From the NCBI GenBank assembly GCA_950097015.1, contig CATNEN010000015.1, positions 744,001-808,000 on the forward strand: DNA of 64,000 bases, given 5' to 3'. This stretch comes from Macrostomum hystrix. Lineage: Eukaryota; Animalia; Platyhelminthes. The position numbers were made by a program, and so were the translations under genes. Position 1 is the stretch's first letter. The number at the start of each line of letters is the position of its first letter. Positions 21,867 through 34,800 of the stretch are shown piece by piece. Under the pieces are notes generated by a model. That model was not told the DNA's origin and made no database searches. It worked only from the letters and a program-made list of their open reading frames with translations.

Positions 21867-24800
21867 TTAATCCGACAAAAACTCGACGTTAAAACTGTCA
21901 GCAAGGAAAAAAGAAATGGCTTTAATTAGGCCGGCCGTCTTGATTAAACTTCCAATTACCTGCACATCCGCATGGTCATGTCCTTCTGTAAGGCCGAGAA
22001 ATTATTAGGTGTTAGGGAATGAAAAAGGTAAAAAACTACACTGAGAACGCCGACGGTTGCTCAATACACAAGTGAAAACTCACCAATGGCTCCAATTCTT
22101 TCTTGTCAACCAGAGCGAACTCGTTGATGAAGTAGAAAAAGTGCTTGTAGCAGGTGTTCACATGAGCCTCCTGCAACATATTTTAAACAACAAGATAATT
22201 CACCGGCTCCATATGGCCAGTTGCGGATTTAAACTGTGTTCTCCTGTAGTGACTAGGCGGAGAGTGGCAGAGCGGCTTTTCATGTGTTGAGCTCAAATCT
22301 GTGGCGCGGCCACTTTATCTTGGGGCCCAGCTGAAGGAGATGGCTTGAGGACTTGTCGCGCAATTTACACCAACGAGGGCGAACCCCCCCAGGCACAGTG
22401 AGAGTGTACCACCTTCGCTTGGCAACGAAGAAGTCTGGGTAAATGTCCTTCTCGCTGGCTGCGGGTCTACTGTCACCAAATGATGTGCCATTGCCCACAA
22501 CCCTTCTGCAAATATAATAATAATATTATAACAAAGCGTCAGGGTTATGTACTACGCAGTTTTGAATGCGATGTAACACCAATTACATTCTCCACAGACA
22601 CAAACAAGCTGACACCTCACCCGCCTATTCTCTCTCAACTGACCTAACACCAATTACATTCATCACGACGGAAACAAAGACAAGCACTCACAGCTCCAAC
22701 AGAGACCAGATGTTCAAAGTGATGTATATAGACGTGAACAAAGACTCGGAAGAGGCGCGTGAAGATCTTCTTGACGCTGGCCAGGTAGTTCTTAGGAAAC
22801 GGCCGGCTGGAGTCAGTGGGGAACAGATCCTCATCGCTAATCTGAGTCTCCACCCAGTCCATGAGCAGGTGGATATATTCCCTGGCTGGCAGGGAGGTGG
22901 GTTTCTTGTACTGCGCCTTGTCGGCCCACTGGTACTCGTACTTGGAGCCGCCGCTCATCTTCGGACAACTGGCTTCGGTGCACTCTTCGGCCACCGTGCC
23001 GTAGATGAGATTCACCCGGTTGTAGAAATCAACAGCGTGCACGGCCAGCCAGTCGTTGAGGTCCTCGCCCTGAGGCAGTTGAACAGCCGTCTTCAAGTCG
23101 ATGCCGGCGCTAAGCGAAGCCATGGCATTCTTGTGCAGCTGATGCCGCAAGGTGCCCTCCTTGTACTTCTTCTGCGGCTTGAAGGTCTGTTGATTATATG
23201 ATTTTAGTCCTCATGTTCAACATGTGATTAAACTGCAGGATCAGCAACACTAGAATGTGAATACCCGAATCCAGATGCCAACTATTCTTAGCTTTTGAAT
23301 GAAAATGATGCAACCCAGACTGTATCTGAGGCGCTCAAATGTGTACTTTTGCCCAACATACCAAAAACAGGAAAGTACTGAAAAAAAAGAACAAAAAAAC
23401 CTGTAAAAGTGCAAGCAAAATAATAATATGAATTGAGCCATACTGCAGAATAAACGAAACAAACGATAGCTTTGTACTCATTTTTGTCTTAGGTGATATA
23501 CAAACTGTTCACTACAATGTACCTCAAGGATTTTAATGGAGAGGCCAAAACATGTGAAAAATTCCCAGAATTCGCACACTTATACTAAGCAACTACTCTA
23601 CTAGAAACTTCCATATGCACATCTAAATGTAGCTCATTGGCTTGGGTTAAGTTTGCCTGCTTTCCTTTTCAATTATTCTTATTTTATAATGTTATTAGCA
23701 GCTAATTTGTTAAACAATGAGCATTTTAGTATAATTGTTCTATGAAAGCTCATTAGAGCACATATTAAATGTGCCAAATGGTTGAGAATAACAAAATACT
23801 ATGATCAGTTCAATATAGGCCTAGTCTTGCTTCCTTGCATTTGTTAGATGCTTGCAATAATGACATTAATTTTTTATATTATTTTTTACAAATAATTAAG
23901 CTCAATTGTTGTATATAAAATCAAAAGTACTAGGCCTAACAATGTAATGCAATAAAAAACAAAGACAAATTGTTATAACATAGGCCTACTAAGATAAATC
24001 ATACTTAATGCTTAATGGTTACAACAGTGTCATAGAATCTAAAATTAAAAAACGTAGGGGGCCTAAATGTAGTGTCGGCATGTTTTTATAATGCGTATAT
24101 TTCTACTTGTAGTAACTTATTCGCGCACGTCAATATTATGAATTATTTTAATGTATCTTATAGGTTAGTTGTTTGTACATGCGCACCCCAGCCAGGCCTA
24201 ACACGCGACCGGCCGGTCACCCCTGCTCTACAGCCAAGGCATCAGACTAGCCCTGGTCTGGTGGGCCCAACCAATGGGAGGACGGCTAGCCGATTGAAGT
24301 GAACCGACTTAAGTGCCGGGTGAACCGACACCCCGAGCCGGGCCAATCAGCAGCCGATTCGTTAACCGGCAGGGTCGACCTGGCAGAAGAACAAGCGGCG
24401 CGGCCGGCACCCAGGCTTTGATGAGGGCTGGGGCGGGCGCTTGACTATAAAACTGACTATTGCGCTGAAATATTGTTCTCATGTGATTCTGGTCTCGCGT
24501 TCGACCTTGCTCTTGCTCTTGATCTTGATATTGTTCTCATTCGTGTTACGCATCCTAGTAAATAGATACCGGGACAGGTAAACCGGTCCAACTAGTTAGT
24601 CAAAGAAAACCCCCACACTCAACCCCACGTCAGTAAGTAGCTTGCGCTGAGCTCGGTACGTCTGGCCAACTGCTGACGGAGTGTTAGATAGGGATTGGCA
24701 AGCACGGAAGCACTCTCCATATCGCCGACAATCATCGGTGGGACGCCGTCGAACAGACATTAGGTGTGGCACGATAGAACTATCGTTGTGCCATAGTGCA

Positions 24801-26242
24801 GAAGTGCTTGCTGGTCGCCTCGGTTTTATGTTAGGGATTTTGGTTAGGTTTCGCGTTATTTGTCTTGTTTGTTATAGGGACTATCTGTTTGTCTAGGATT
24901 TATTTGTGTTGTTTATCGTGTCGTATTATCGAGTAGAGTTCGTGTTTTGTGTTGCGGTTATCGAGATTTTGTTAGTGCGAATTGTGAATTGGATTGAATT
25001 AAGTACAGTACCTGGCAGGGGACGAAAAGAGCGCTGCCAGGGGAATTGATCAGTGATCATAGCTTTCTCTTATTTACTGATTAACACTTAAATATCAGCT
25101 GTTTAGCTTGGATTTTGAATCGTCTTGTCTTCGTTATTTTCGAGTTGCGAAAAGGGAATCTCTCACAAAGAGTAGGACACCCGACCTCATTTAGGAATCT
25201 CAACGTAAAGAGAGACCTAAGTCAAAATATCACATAAACGTAAGGGGACATAAAAATAATTTGTAACTAGGCCTACAGTAATTAGGATTAATAACTGTAC
25301 AAATATATTACACAATTAGATATTAAGATTTGTCTATTCAAATTAATAGGACAAAAATACTTGAGCCATTATGTGGCAATCTTTCTGATGACAATCTCAA
25401 AGTAATGTCACTGTCAGATGTATTTTATTAATAAATAACAAAGTTTACAAATATTTTAAAAGCTTAAGAGTTGTGAAATTTCAAGCAAAAATCAATGAAT
25501 TGATTCCAGCCCATCATTTGTAAAAAATATCAGTACAAACTGCAGTATATTGGTAAGTATACCTTGTAGTACTCAAGATAAAATCTTATTTGTTTTGAAT
25601 TAGATCATTCTTTCTAAAAGTTAGATAAGAAGGATCACATTCTAAAACTAAGAATATAATGCTTAACTGTTTTAAGCAATGTTTACAACTAGATTCTTGT
25701 TTTCAATTCAAGAACAAAGTTTTAATTTGGGTTGAAATTGGGTGTCAGTAACAACTTTTTTAATAAACAGAGACAACTTTTCATGGTAATTCAATAACCA
25801 AACTGATAGGCCTACTTGAAGGAATATTTGTCAAACAAAAGGTTTATGTAATTTTGACTTGTAAGCCTATTGTATAATACATTGCACAAAAGATTATATA
25901 CAAAATTTCATACATTAAACTCCAGTAGAAATAAAACTCGACTTATCAAAGTAAATACCTTCTCCCCTAAGCCCTAACATGTCCTAGGCTAATAGTAATA
26001 TGTCATAAGTTAAACAAACAGCAAAAATATCCCTTGATTGACAACTGCTTTCTATATATCACTGAATCACTACCCAAGTGTATTAACAAAAACTATATAA
26101 ATGAGTATGTTTTAACGTACACATTACAGGCAGTTTCTTTATTATTAGCTAACAAAGAAGTTAATAATTTCTTTACAAATGATAAATTCATAATAATTAC
26201 CTTCTCTCTATTGAAGAACTCTTTGAATCCTCCGAAGGACAT
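21867..26242 (-). CDS. MOB3: MOB kinase activator 3 (MOB3-type), complete coding region, 5 exons
   Basis: Exons 26242-26201 ([14 protein letters not shown]), 23186-22692 ([56 protein letters not shown]), 22170-22084 ([29 protein letters not shown]), 21985-21960 and 21894-21867 (last exon less certain). All junctions GT-AG and in phase. The N-terminus and [14 protein letters not shown] fit the MOB3 subfamily. Confidence 0.93.
22258..22530 (+). mobile_element. SINE copy in MOB3 intron 2
   Basis: A box TGGCAGAGCGG (22265-22275), degenerate B box GAGCTCAAATCT, shared body and shared 3' end TTCTCGCTGGCTGCGGGTCTACTGTCACCAAATGATGTGCCATTGCC, then a (TAA)-rich tail. Confidence 0.8.
24170..25250 (+). 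mobile_element. LTR-like CpG-rich insertion (possible solo LTR or LTR + leader) in MOB3 intron 1
   Basis: Abrupt GC/CpG-rich block in an AT-rich intron. It has two CCAAT boxes (24272, 24343), a direct repeat GTGAACCGAC (24299, 24320), a GC box (24430), TATAAAA (24446-24452) and a T/G-rich downstream part. No TSD or clear TG..CA termini were identified. Confidence 0.45.
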
Positions 26243-27812
26243 TCTTCCTGGATTTAGTTTAGAGTGTACAAAAATATGCCTAACTTAAGCTATCGCGAAA
26301 TAGAAATTTCTGTGTTTTTGTGGATAAATAATGATTTTGTACCTCAATTGTCAACTAATCTGTTTTTTGCCGTGTTTCTATGAAAACGAAAAATTTAAAA
26401 GCATTGGGCTTAACGAAATAGTGCGAAGCACGTATTATTGCCTCTAGTATATTTTCATCCAACATATCTTGAAAAAAGAGGAAAATATGAGACTTGCGAT
26501 TATCAAAGCAAAAAGCTTAAAGTAAGAATGCATTGCATTTAGTTCGTTTGCGTTAATGATTTACTAAGAGCGTGAATGGTCAATCGCCCGCCCATTACTA
26601 CATGTGACAAGTGTCAAAGTCTCGAGCTGGTTGGGTGCACTCGCAACCAAAAGACTGGATGTGCTTAAGTTCAGTTGAGTTTCAGGCAAAAGCTGCGGCA
26701 CACTGCCACTGATATGAGCCATCATGATCGATGTCGCCCCTTTTAATACAGTCTCTTAGCTTAATAAGGCGCTATACCGCGGCTCCCGATGGATAGCAAT
26801 GGGAGAACCGGGCCTCAACCCTCCGTTACTACCCACCTCTGACGTGCACTTAGTAGCTTTGGGTGTGACTGAGTGGCCAAGATCCAAGCGACCAAGGGGG
26901 AAAAGACCAGGTTGTGAAAAGGTAGAACCCTGACCCCTGTATAGGCAGGGCTGCCAAGCACCAGCCACCATGGCAGCACAACACCCTGACCCTGATGAAA
27001 AGAGCTTCCTCTATAAAATAGTATGTACTTTAGGCTCATTCCAAAATGTCCACGACTGAAGATTAGGGACTCCATTCAAGGTATTCTCAGGAGTGGGAGA
27101 AATTGGTCAAGATAGAGACAATTTCCTGCACATGCGCGTTCTCTCGAAGTTATATTTACTCCTATATACCATGAAGGCCCTAACGATTCAATGACAGGTT
27201 ATTAAGGTTCGGCTCTTCCATGTAGTCTCGAATGCAATGCCTAACTAAACCTATGAGAACACTAGAATTATACATTAGACTTACTTTAGCATTACACATA
27301 CATTAGAGGCATACTGTATTAAGTTAATTGTGCATTTCTATTGATGTTTTGCATGCATTCGCCCTGTCTACTATTGATGGAATTTTCGGTTCTGTGTTGC
27401 GGAATCATCCACTCTATAAGCACCCATGCATGGCCTCATTCTTTGGCCCTGCAGCAACGCACTGGCTTACGCACTGTGCCATTCAAAATTTGTGAAGTAA
27501 ATATGTGACAAAGAGTTACTTATTTTAGTCGTAAAAGTACCTTGTTGCCACTTTGATTGTTAAAATACTTTTAGCCATTATGTCCTTTTAACTTGGAATA
27601 TAAAATAAAAACAAAAATTAAAATGAACATATTAGGGACAAGAGAGAGGGAGAGTGAGGCTATCGGATAAATCGGCACAACAATAAGAAGTTGAACCCAT
27701 CGAATAAGAGTAAGAGCTACAGTACAAAGTAAGAGGCGCTCACCGATCCGGCGGTGAGGCACTGGCTTTGGGCAGGTCGGGCGGCGCGGCGACGAACTCT
27801 GGGCGAGAGTTG

Positions 27813-27916
27813 TGCGGCTGACGAGTGGTGCGACTGACGAGTGGTGCGACTGACGAGTGGTGCGGCTGACGAGTGGTGCGACTGACGAGTGGTGCGGCTA
27901 ACGAGTGGTCCAGCGG
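27813..27916. repeat. 16-bp tandem repeat x6 (TGACGAGTGGTGCG(A/G)C)
   Basis: Directly visible; it lies in a non-coding GC-rich block. Confidence 0.9.
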
Positions 27917-28372
27917 GCTATGGATGCTGTGAGAGATATACAATTCAGACTACTTGACAACAGTAGAAAAGCAAAGACAAAGGCTGCAAAACTCTCACAT
28001 AACACTAAAAAATATCGCCATAATGATGGTAAGCTTAAAAGAGACTTCTGTGCACACTAAGAGTGGTGGGAGAGGACTGCGTGTGGCTATGGCTGACTGA
28101 CGAAGGCAAACAAGCCAGAAACCGATCTCGGTCTGCCAGTGCGTCGTTCGATCGTTCCCCACTTTTAGTGTGTTACAGATGCTGAGTGTGCCGGAGCAGT
28201 TAATTATACGCGCTATAGTCGCAACCTTGGCCTATGCGTTTCGACATGCGTTAACTCTACAATCACAATCTGATCGCATCTGCAGGTTGTTTCAATAGTT
28301 TTAGGTTTAAGCCTGTGCTATATAATCTATTATTAGAAATAGCTAAACGTAATGCGATCTTTTAAAAGCTTT

Positions 28373-28853
28373 CTTATCTTAGTAGAAATGTGCGAATGTA
28401 CATGATTGTGCAAGGTTTCTAGAGCATTACTTGAGCTCCGGGTCTGTATTTCAAAAGCAAAATCTACTTTTTTAAACATGTTTTGCATGTATCCAGATAA
28501 GTCTATATCAGCTCAGATTAGTTATGAAAGTGTCGGCGAGGATTCTAGCTCGTACATAATTCCCGCGCAGCGATAAGAATATTTTTTGGCACACGCGTGC
28601 ACTGTCCTTTATCTGCATGGTTCACGCGGTGACAGTGAAATTAAAGAAAATGATTAATTTAGCAGGTAGTGCAAAATTGAGCTTATCTAGCTGCTGCCCA
28701 CTAGCAATAGTTTAAAGCTTTGAGCACGCCAACAAAAACCTTCAGAAGCAAAAGCGAGATCAAGAGTAGTCGAGTATCTCAAAACACAATTATATTTGCA
28801 TACTAAGTTACACTTGTTTTGTTTTCATAAAACTTTTTCACTAAAGTTTATCT
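28373..28853. promoter_or_regulatory. Cluster of GATA-type sites upstream of the giant gene
   Basis: AGATAA/TTATCT at 28374, 28495, 28609, 28683 and 28848, plus CGATAAG at 28571, all within ~510 bp of the ATG at 28887. Confidence 0.4.
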
Positions 28854-28886
28854 AGTATCTTATATCGCTAGACACAAAGCATCAAT

Positions 28887-31800
28887 ATGCCATCCAGCAG
28901 TGGTGGCACCCAGAGACTGGTCTGCCCGCTGCTGCTGCTGGCAGCGGTGGCATTCGTACCGGCAGGGTGTGTCTTCTCCTTCAAGGATGGCAAGCAGTAC
29001 GTCTACGACATTGAGACACACACCAAAACCAAAGACGTCGGCGAGCTCATTATCACTGGACAGGTACATATAGCTGCTTTGTATCAATGAGGCTGGTCTA
29101 GGGAATGACAGTAAATAAGACACTCGTAAGCAGCAGAAGCTGATGACTTGCGACTGTTACTTGGTCAAGTTGGTGCACGTGCACTGTTTAAGGACAGCAT
29201 GGGTGCAGAGAGTTAAAAGTGCATGATGCCAAATACGCCTTGAATGGTTATATGTAGCAGTAGCTAAACTCCTCCTTCTCAGCTCCCCCTTTGAATAAAA
29301 TTTCAGTTCTCCATCCAGATGCAGAGCAGGGAGCCCGATGGGTCTCAGAACATGCTGCTCACTTTGAGCAAGCTGCACGTCCGGAACGGACGCGGCCAAA
29401 CAGCCGACCAGGGCAGCGACGTGCAGCTCGACCGTTGGTTCACCTTCCACCTGGACCGGGCCGGTCGGGTCAACCACTTTCGGTACCCGCCAGAAGAGAC
29501 TGCCTTCTTGGCAACGATTAAGAGAGGCCTGGTCACTGCGCTGCTAGGACATGACGAGGTTAGTGCAAGTTTGCTATCATTTTGTCACTCGAAGCTCAGT
29601 TAGGAGATGAAATAGATACCTATACCCATTCATTAATTCTTTCCACCGCAGGATTACAAATTCCAACTGACTCACGAGTGGAGCAGCCAGAACCGAACCA
29701 TTGGACGGCACCACACGGAGATCTCGAGGACCAGGCGTGGCATTCAGGGCAGCAATGTGCACCGAAACGTCACCCACGTATGTCATGCGCCCACAAGTAC
29801 ACAATATATTAGTCACTACATGAAATATAAATTGTAATTTTGATTTGATTGGATCATGATACTTGCAGACCATGCATTACAATCACGTGACGCGGCTACC
29901 CGATAAGACAATGATCCACGATGAGCTTCACGTCTTTAACAGTCCGCCGCCAGGGTGAGTGCAGTGCTGGAGCCGATTGGTTTCATAAAAAAATCCGGAA
30001 AGCAAATAATTTAACTTTTTAACTATAAACTTCTAGATTTGAATCGGGAATCAAAGCCAGGCAAGGCCGTATAGTCATGGACAGGGAGCACGAGGACCCG
30101 ACAACCGTCAGCAGGGTGACGACAACCGCCAAGACCGATTTCATCCTGACCGAAGTTCGCGACGCTGCGGCTGTTCAAAGGCCCGGAAAACTGGTGTCGG
30201 AGTTTATGAACCAGTCGAGAGTGAGCAGGGGGAGACTCAAAATGACTTTAAAGATAATTCCGCTTGCTGGGGCTGTGGTGAATGGGGATGCATCTGGGAG
30301 GCAATTTCGCATGCCGACTCCTCTGACCCTGAGCACTCGAACTGTTCATTGTCGGTTTCGATCTTATTGTCTATTTTTGAAGTTGACTTTCCGCATAGAT
30401 GTTTAGCAAAATTAGTAGCTCGTGGTATCATAACACTTGATCCCATTCTACAGTTGCATGAAGTCTTCAAATCCGACTACCAACTGGTTGAAATGCGCCG
30501 TAAGATCGACTCCAATCTTACTTGCATCGCCACGGATACGGCGGATCGTAAGCTAGCTCACTATCAGCCACTTGGCTAACTTAGGAAACAATAAACTTTA
30601 CGCTAACATTGAACTTTAATGACTTTTATAGCCACGTCAGACTCGATTGACTGCTACCAAAACCTGCTTGAAATCCTGACTGGCCTTTCAAAAGAAGATT
30701 TAAATTCGATTTCGAGTTCATACCTCAATCGACCGTACCAAAATATGTAAGCGGAAGCGATTTTGAGCTCTTCTCACATTGAATCGTTGCGGTAGTCCAC
30801 GTCAAGCTTCTTGTGTTTATTTTTGATAGCAGCTTTTTTTATTGAAGACAACAAACTGAATTTTGCTGAAATTTTCAGTACGGACATAATCGACAAGAAA
30901 AAATACCTGTCAATGATGGACGCGATCTGCAGCGTTGGTACCGTTACGTCAGATCTGATAATCAACAGGCTGATACTGAGGTCCACAAACCGACAGCCCG
31001 AGCTCGTTCAGCGGGTGCTGGTCTTTCTGCCCACGAGGAAAAATGCGCCCGCCAATGTGAGTCACACCTGAATTTCGACACCGAGTCACACCTCAGTGTC
31101 CTACCTGGAGCAATATTAAAAAATATTCAAACCTGTAAGTCAGTCGATCACACCTTGAAAAACTAACCCTGACTGCAGGCACTGGTGAACACATTGAGAA
31201 GCTTCGTGTTCAACCCGGAAAACCAACCGGATATCAACGACCCGGAGACCTACCACCGCTGCGTGCTGGCATTGGGTACAGTCTGCCACCTGATGCAAAA
31301 CTACGGCAACGAGCAGCAGAAGGCGATGGCCCAGAGCATCGTCAGCCAGCTCGAGAGACTGACAGGCGTGTTTGGTGAGCAACCTTCAGGCTGGTGTCTC
31401 GACTTTACAATTCTAATAAACGAAAACGAGGGCGTTAGTTTATTATATGCAATTTTGTGGGTTTTTCTATTACCAACCATTAAAAGCAAATAATCCGTTC
31501 CCGGACCGGAGTCACATTGATTTTCGAAGCTGCATTCTAAATGCCGAATTGAATTGCATCCAACAGATCCGTACCACCACCGAGCAAAGCGATCTGTGAT
31601 GGACGACGCAACATTCGAGCGGTACAACTTCCTGAAGTCTTCGCTTATTGATGCCCTTGGCAACGCTGCTTTTGAAAGCTCATTTCCAGTGATCCAGTCC
31701 TACTCCAATGAGTCTTCCGCGCCCTCATTGTGGAAGCGATCTGGACTGCACTCGATGCGAAAATACCCGACTGTAGAGGTTCGAGTCTTTCTAAAACCGA

Positions 31801-34800
31801 TAAACATCTCTAAATCTTCAATAAGAAGAAACTCACGATTTTATGCAGTATAAGAGCGTAGAGTTTCATTGGAGTTGACAATGTTATTAACTACTCAATC
31901 TGCAGGCTGCGTCGACTATTCTAACAGCGGCGCTGATGGACGATGAGGAGCACGTCAGGTACGAGGCCAGCCTCATGTACGAGGCGCATCCAGCAAAGAC
32001 CAAGGATATTGTGACGATGCATCGGGAGTTCGTCGAAGGGTATGATATAATAGCTAAACCCTGCGGTTTCTTAAACAGTGGACTTTGAATGAAGAAACTA
32101 ACCACTTGCGTAACTTTCCAACCTGCGTGTACAGAGTCCAGAACGGCAGTTTGCTGATGTCTCACGCCATCTCCAAGCGAAGCGCACTAGGTGAACCTGA
32201 TAAAATGTGGAAGGGAATCAATGCCAAGCTGGCCGCTCCGGCGATCAATTGGCAAAAAATGGTCGGCAGCGCGACCATCGGCGCATCCTTTGGCATGACG
32301 GCCGTTAATGAGCTGATTGTGAAGCTGGGTAAGACTCTTTTATAGTAATTAAGGCTTACTAAAAGAAGCCTAGCAGCCCACCACACAGAATTCCGTGCAG
32401 AAATTTGTAATACATTTAAAGCTTGTGAAACTTTGTCGGCGGTTAACATAGAATATATATACCCCTAAGTATGCCTCTCAGCTAAACGTTATTTCTTAAT
32501 CGATTTGATACTTTCAATCTGCGTTTATTGAGGGTGAAGATCCGCAGAGCTATTTGGCGTTTTGCGCACCATTAATTAATCAAAAAATGATTAAACTGCA
32601 TCCCTCAGCTCTGAGTGAAGGCCAGCTCAACGTGAACGTTCATGACGAAGTGTTCGCAAAAGGACACCTGGGCGTCATCGGGCGTCATATCGACTTCTTT
32701 ATCGCCCGCGTCTGCTTCCGCGGCAAAGTGGAGTACAAGATCAGCATTCTGAAAGAATTTGGAGTAAACAGTATCAAAGACTTGGTGAAAATTTACGATC
32801 GCACAATCGGAGCATTGTACAAAGGCATCAAGGGAGCCATCAATGGGTTCCGACGGCTCTTCGCGCCCAGCAACCCGACTCAGATTTTCACCGTAGTGAA
32901 GAACCTCCGCCAAGAGTTCCAGAGGCTACCCTATGTGATTTCTGACCTGGCTAAGTCTATAGTGCAAGGGGTGGACATTCTAGCTGAGGTTGATCCACTC
33001 GAGCTGCCGTCCCATGTCCGTCCTCTGTTCACTGTACTCAAGAAGATGGCCAGCCTAGCTAACGATATCAAAGCTGATGTCACTGGCTTCTACTATGTGA
33101 GTTGACAGCTACAGTCACTAAAAGTAAAAATATTTATATCTAGATATAATTTTACGCCTTTCTTTGTACTCACAGTAAAACTAGCTCATCTTCTGTATCC
33201 AACTGAATCTGTTTGCCATCCTCAGACCATGCACGACACCATACAGAACCAAATTCCCATGTCGGCCAAACAAACCAAGGAGGGTCTGGATCTCATTGTG
33301 CGCATTTTTCCAAAGATTTTCCGCGCTCCGAAGGAGGCTATCATGAACGCATTCAAGTCGTTCTTCCAAATCGGCATGGGAGTCAGCGGGCTGCTCGATG
33401 CGAAAAACCGGACACTGGAGGCATGCTTCTTCTTAAAAGGTGAGCTGAGCTAATGCCATCGAGCTAGTTCAAAGTCTCCTCAGATATATTTATTGAGAAT
33501 CAAGGACACGGCCAAATACGCTCGAATAGATAGCTCGATATGATATACGCGTAATAAATTAAAATTAGCGTTTAACTTCCCTACCTAACTCATTCCAACA
33601 TCAGATGAGAAGCCCTACTGGTGGAACCTGACTGATCATTACCGCAGTCTGAAGGCGGAGTTCATCGAGGCCCTGCGCCACGTCAACCGCGGCCGCGAAG
33701 CTGCCCTCGCACTCGAAGGAGCGCAGATGAATGCCACCAGGCCCTTCAATGTCATGTCGGACTCGGTAAGGATATTTACCCCTTCTTTCGCTTCCCTTGC
33801 GAGGCTCATCGTTTAGTTAAGCTCGCATTTGATACTGAGTATATTGACACACGCGTAAGACCTGAGAAAGGATTGCCAAGCCTTCCACATTTTCCAGGAA
33901 ACTTGGGCCACAATCATTTTTTTAGTTTTTCTATTCTACGAAAACAGTGCGTCTGGATATTTTTCCAAGGGTAGCAAACTCTCTGTACCACTCTTAATTC
34001 AATAACATCAAACTTTGAACCTTGATATCTGCAGAAAATTTCTATAATTATAAGCTAAGGCGTCTTATCACGTCCATATCGTCAGCTTATCGCTCAAGAA
34101 TATGCTTGCAATTTTTTGCGCCAGAAAATTTTTACTGACCAATTTTTTTGCAACCAAATCTTTAATCGTACCAGTAACTTTCGCACCTAAATTTGTAACT
34201 AAACGCAAGTGACAAGAATCAGTATGCCTGGAAAATGGATAATATTTTTAAGATGTTGCATTTTAGATTTGAAAAATAAAAAAGAGGTTTCATTTCGCAA
34301 ATATTTGAGCTTTAGCTGCAGCACTTATAAAAAATCAAGATGCAACAAATGGTAGTTACGCTGAAAAGTTGACACTGTAAATTTACTGATAATTTAGTAT
34401 ACATTTTCTATACTTTTCAGGAAACTATGCAGCTTGTGGGACTCCTCAAGGATGTTCAGGACCTACTGATGGAACCGCTGAGCGGCTTCCGCACCGCATT
34501 CAACCCCCTGGAGCAGCAGATTGGGGCAATTCTCCAAATCATCCGCAGTTTCAAAGAGGCTTATCACGGGGCCAAGGAGGCCTGGAAGACAATCAGGAGC
34601 ATCGTGGACGCGATCATGGGACCGAGAGCGCACTCCGAGTTCCAACGGACGTACCGGTTAGCCGGGTCGGGCTGCAAATCGGACGGCTTCTATCCAGCGA
34701 CCGCCGACGACCTGTGGAAACATCCAGGTGTTGACCTGGCCATTAAAGCCGGCGAGAAGGTGGTTGTGCCTTTCAAAGGCGAATACTACAAGGGCCCGGA

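Noticed and set aside
22566-23201. 211-aa plus-strand ORF
   Set aside because: It is the antisense shadow of MOB3 exon 2.
34254-34347. Imperfect 16-bp inverted repeat in an intron (possible MITE)
   Set aside because: It is short, AT-rich and has no TSD, so it is compatible with chance.
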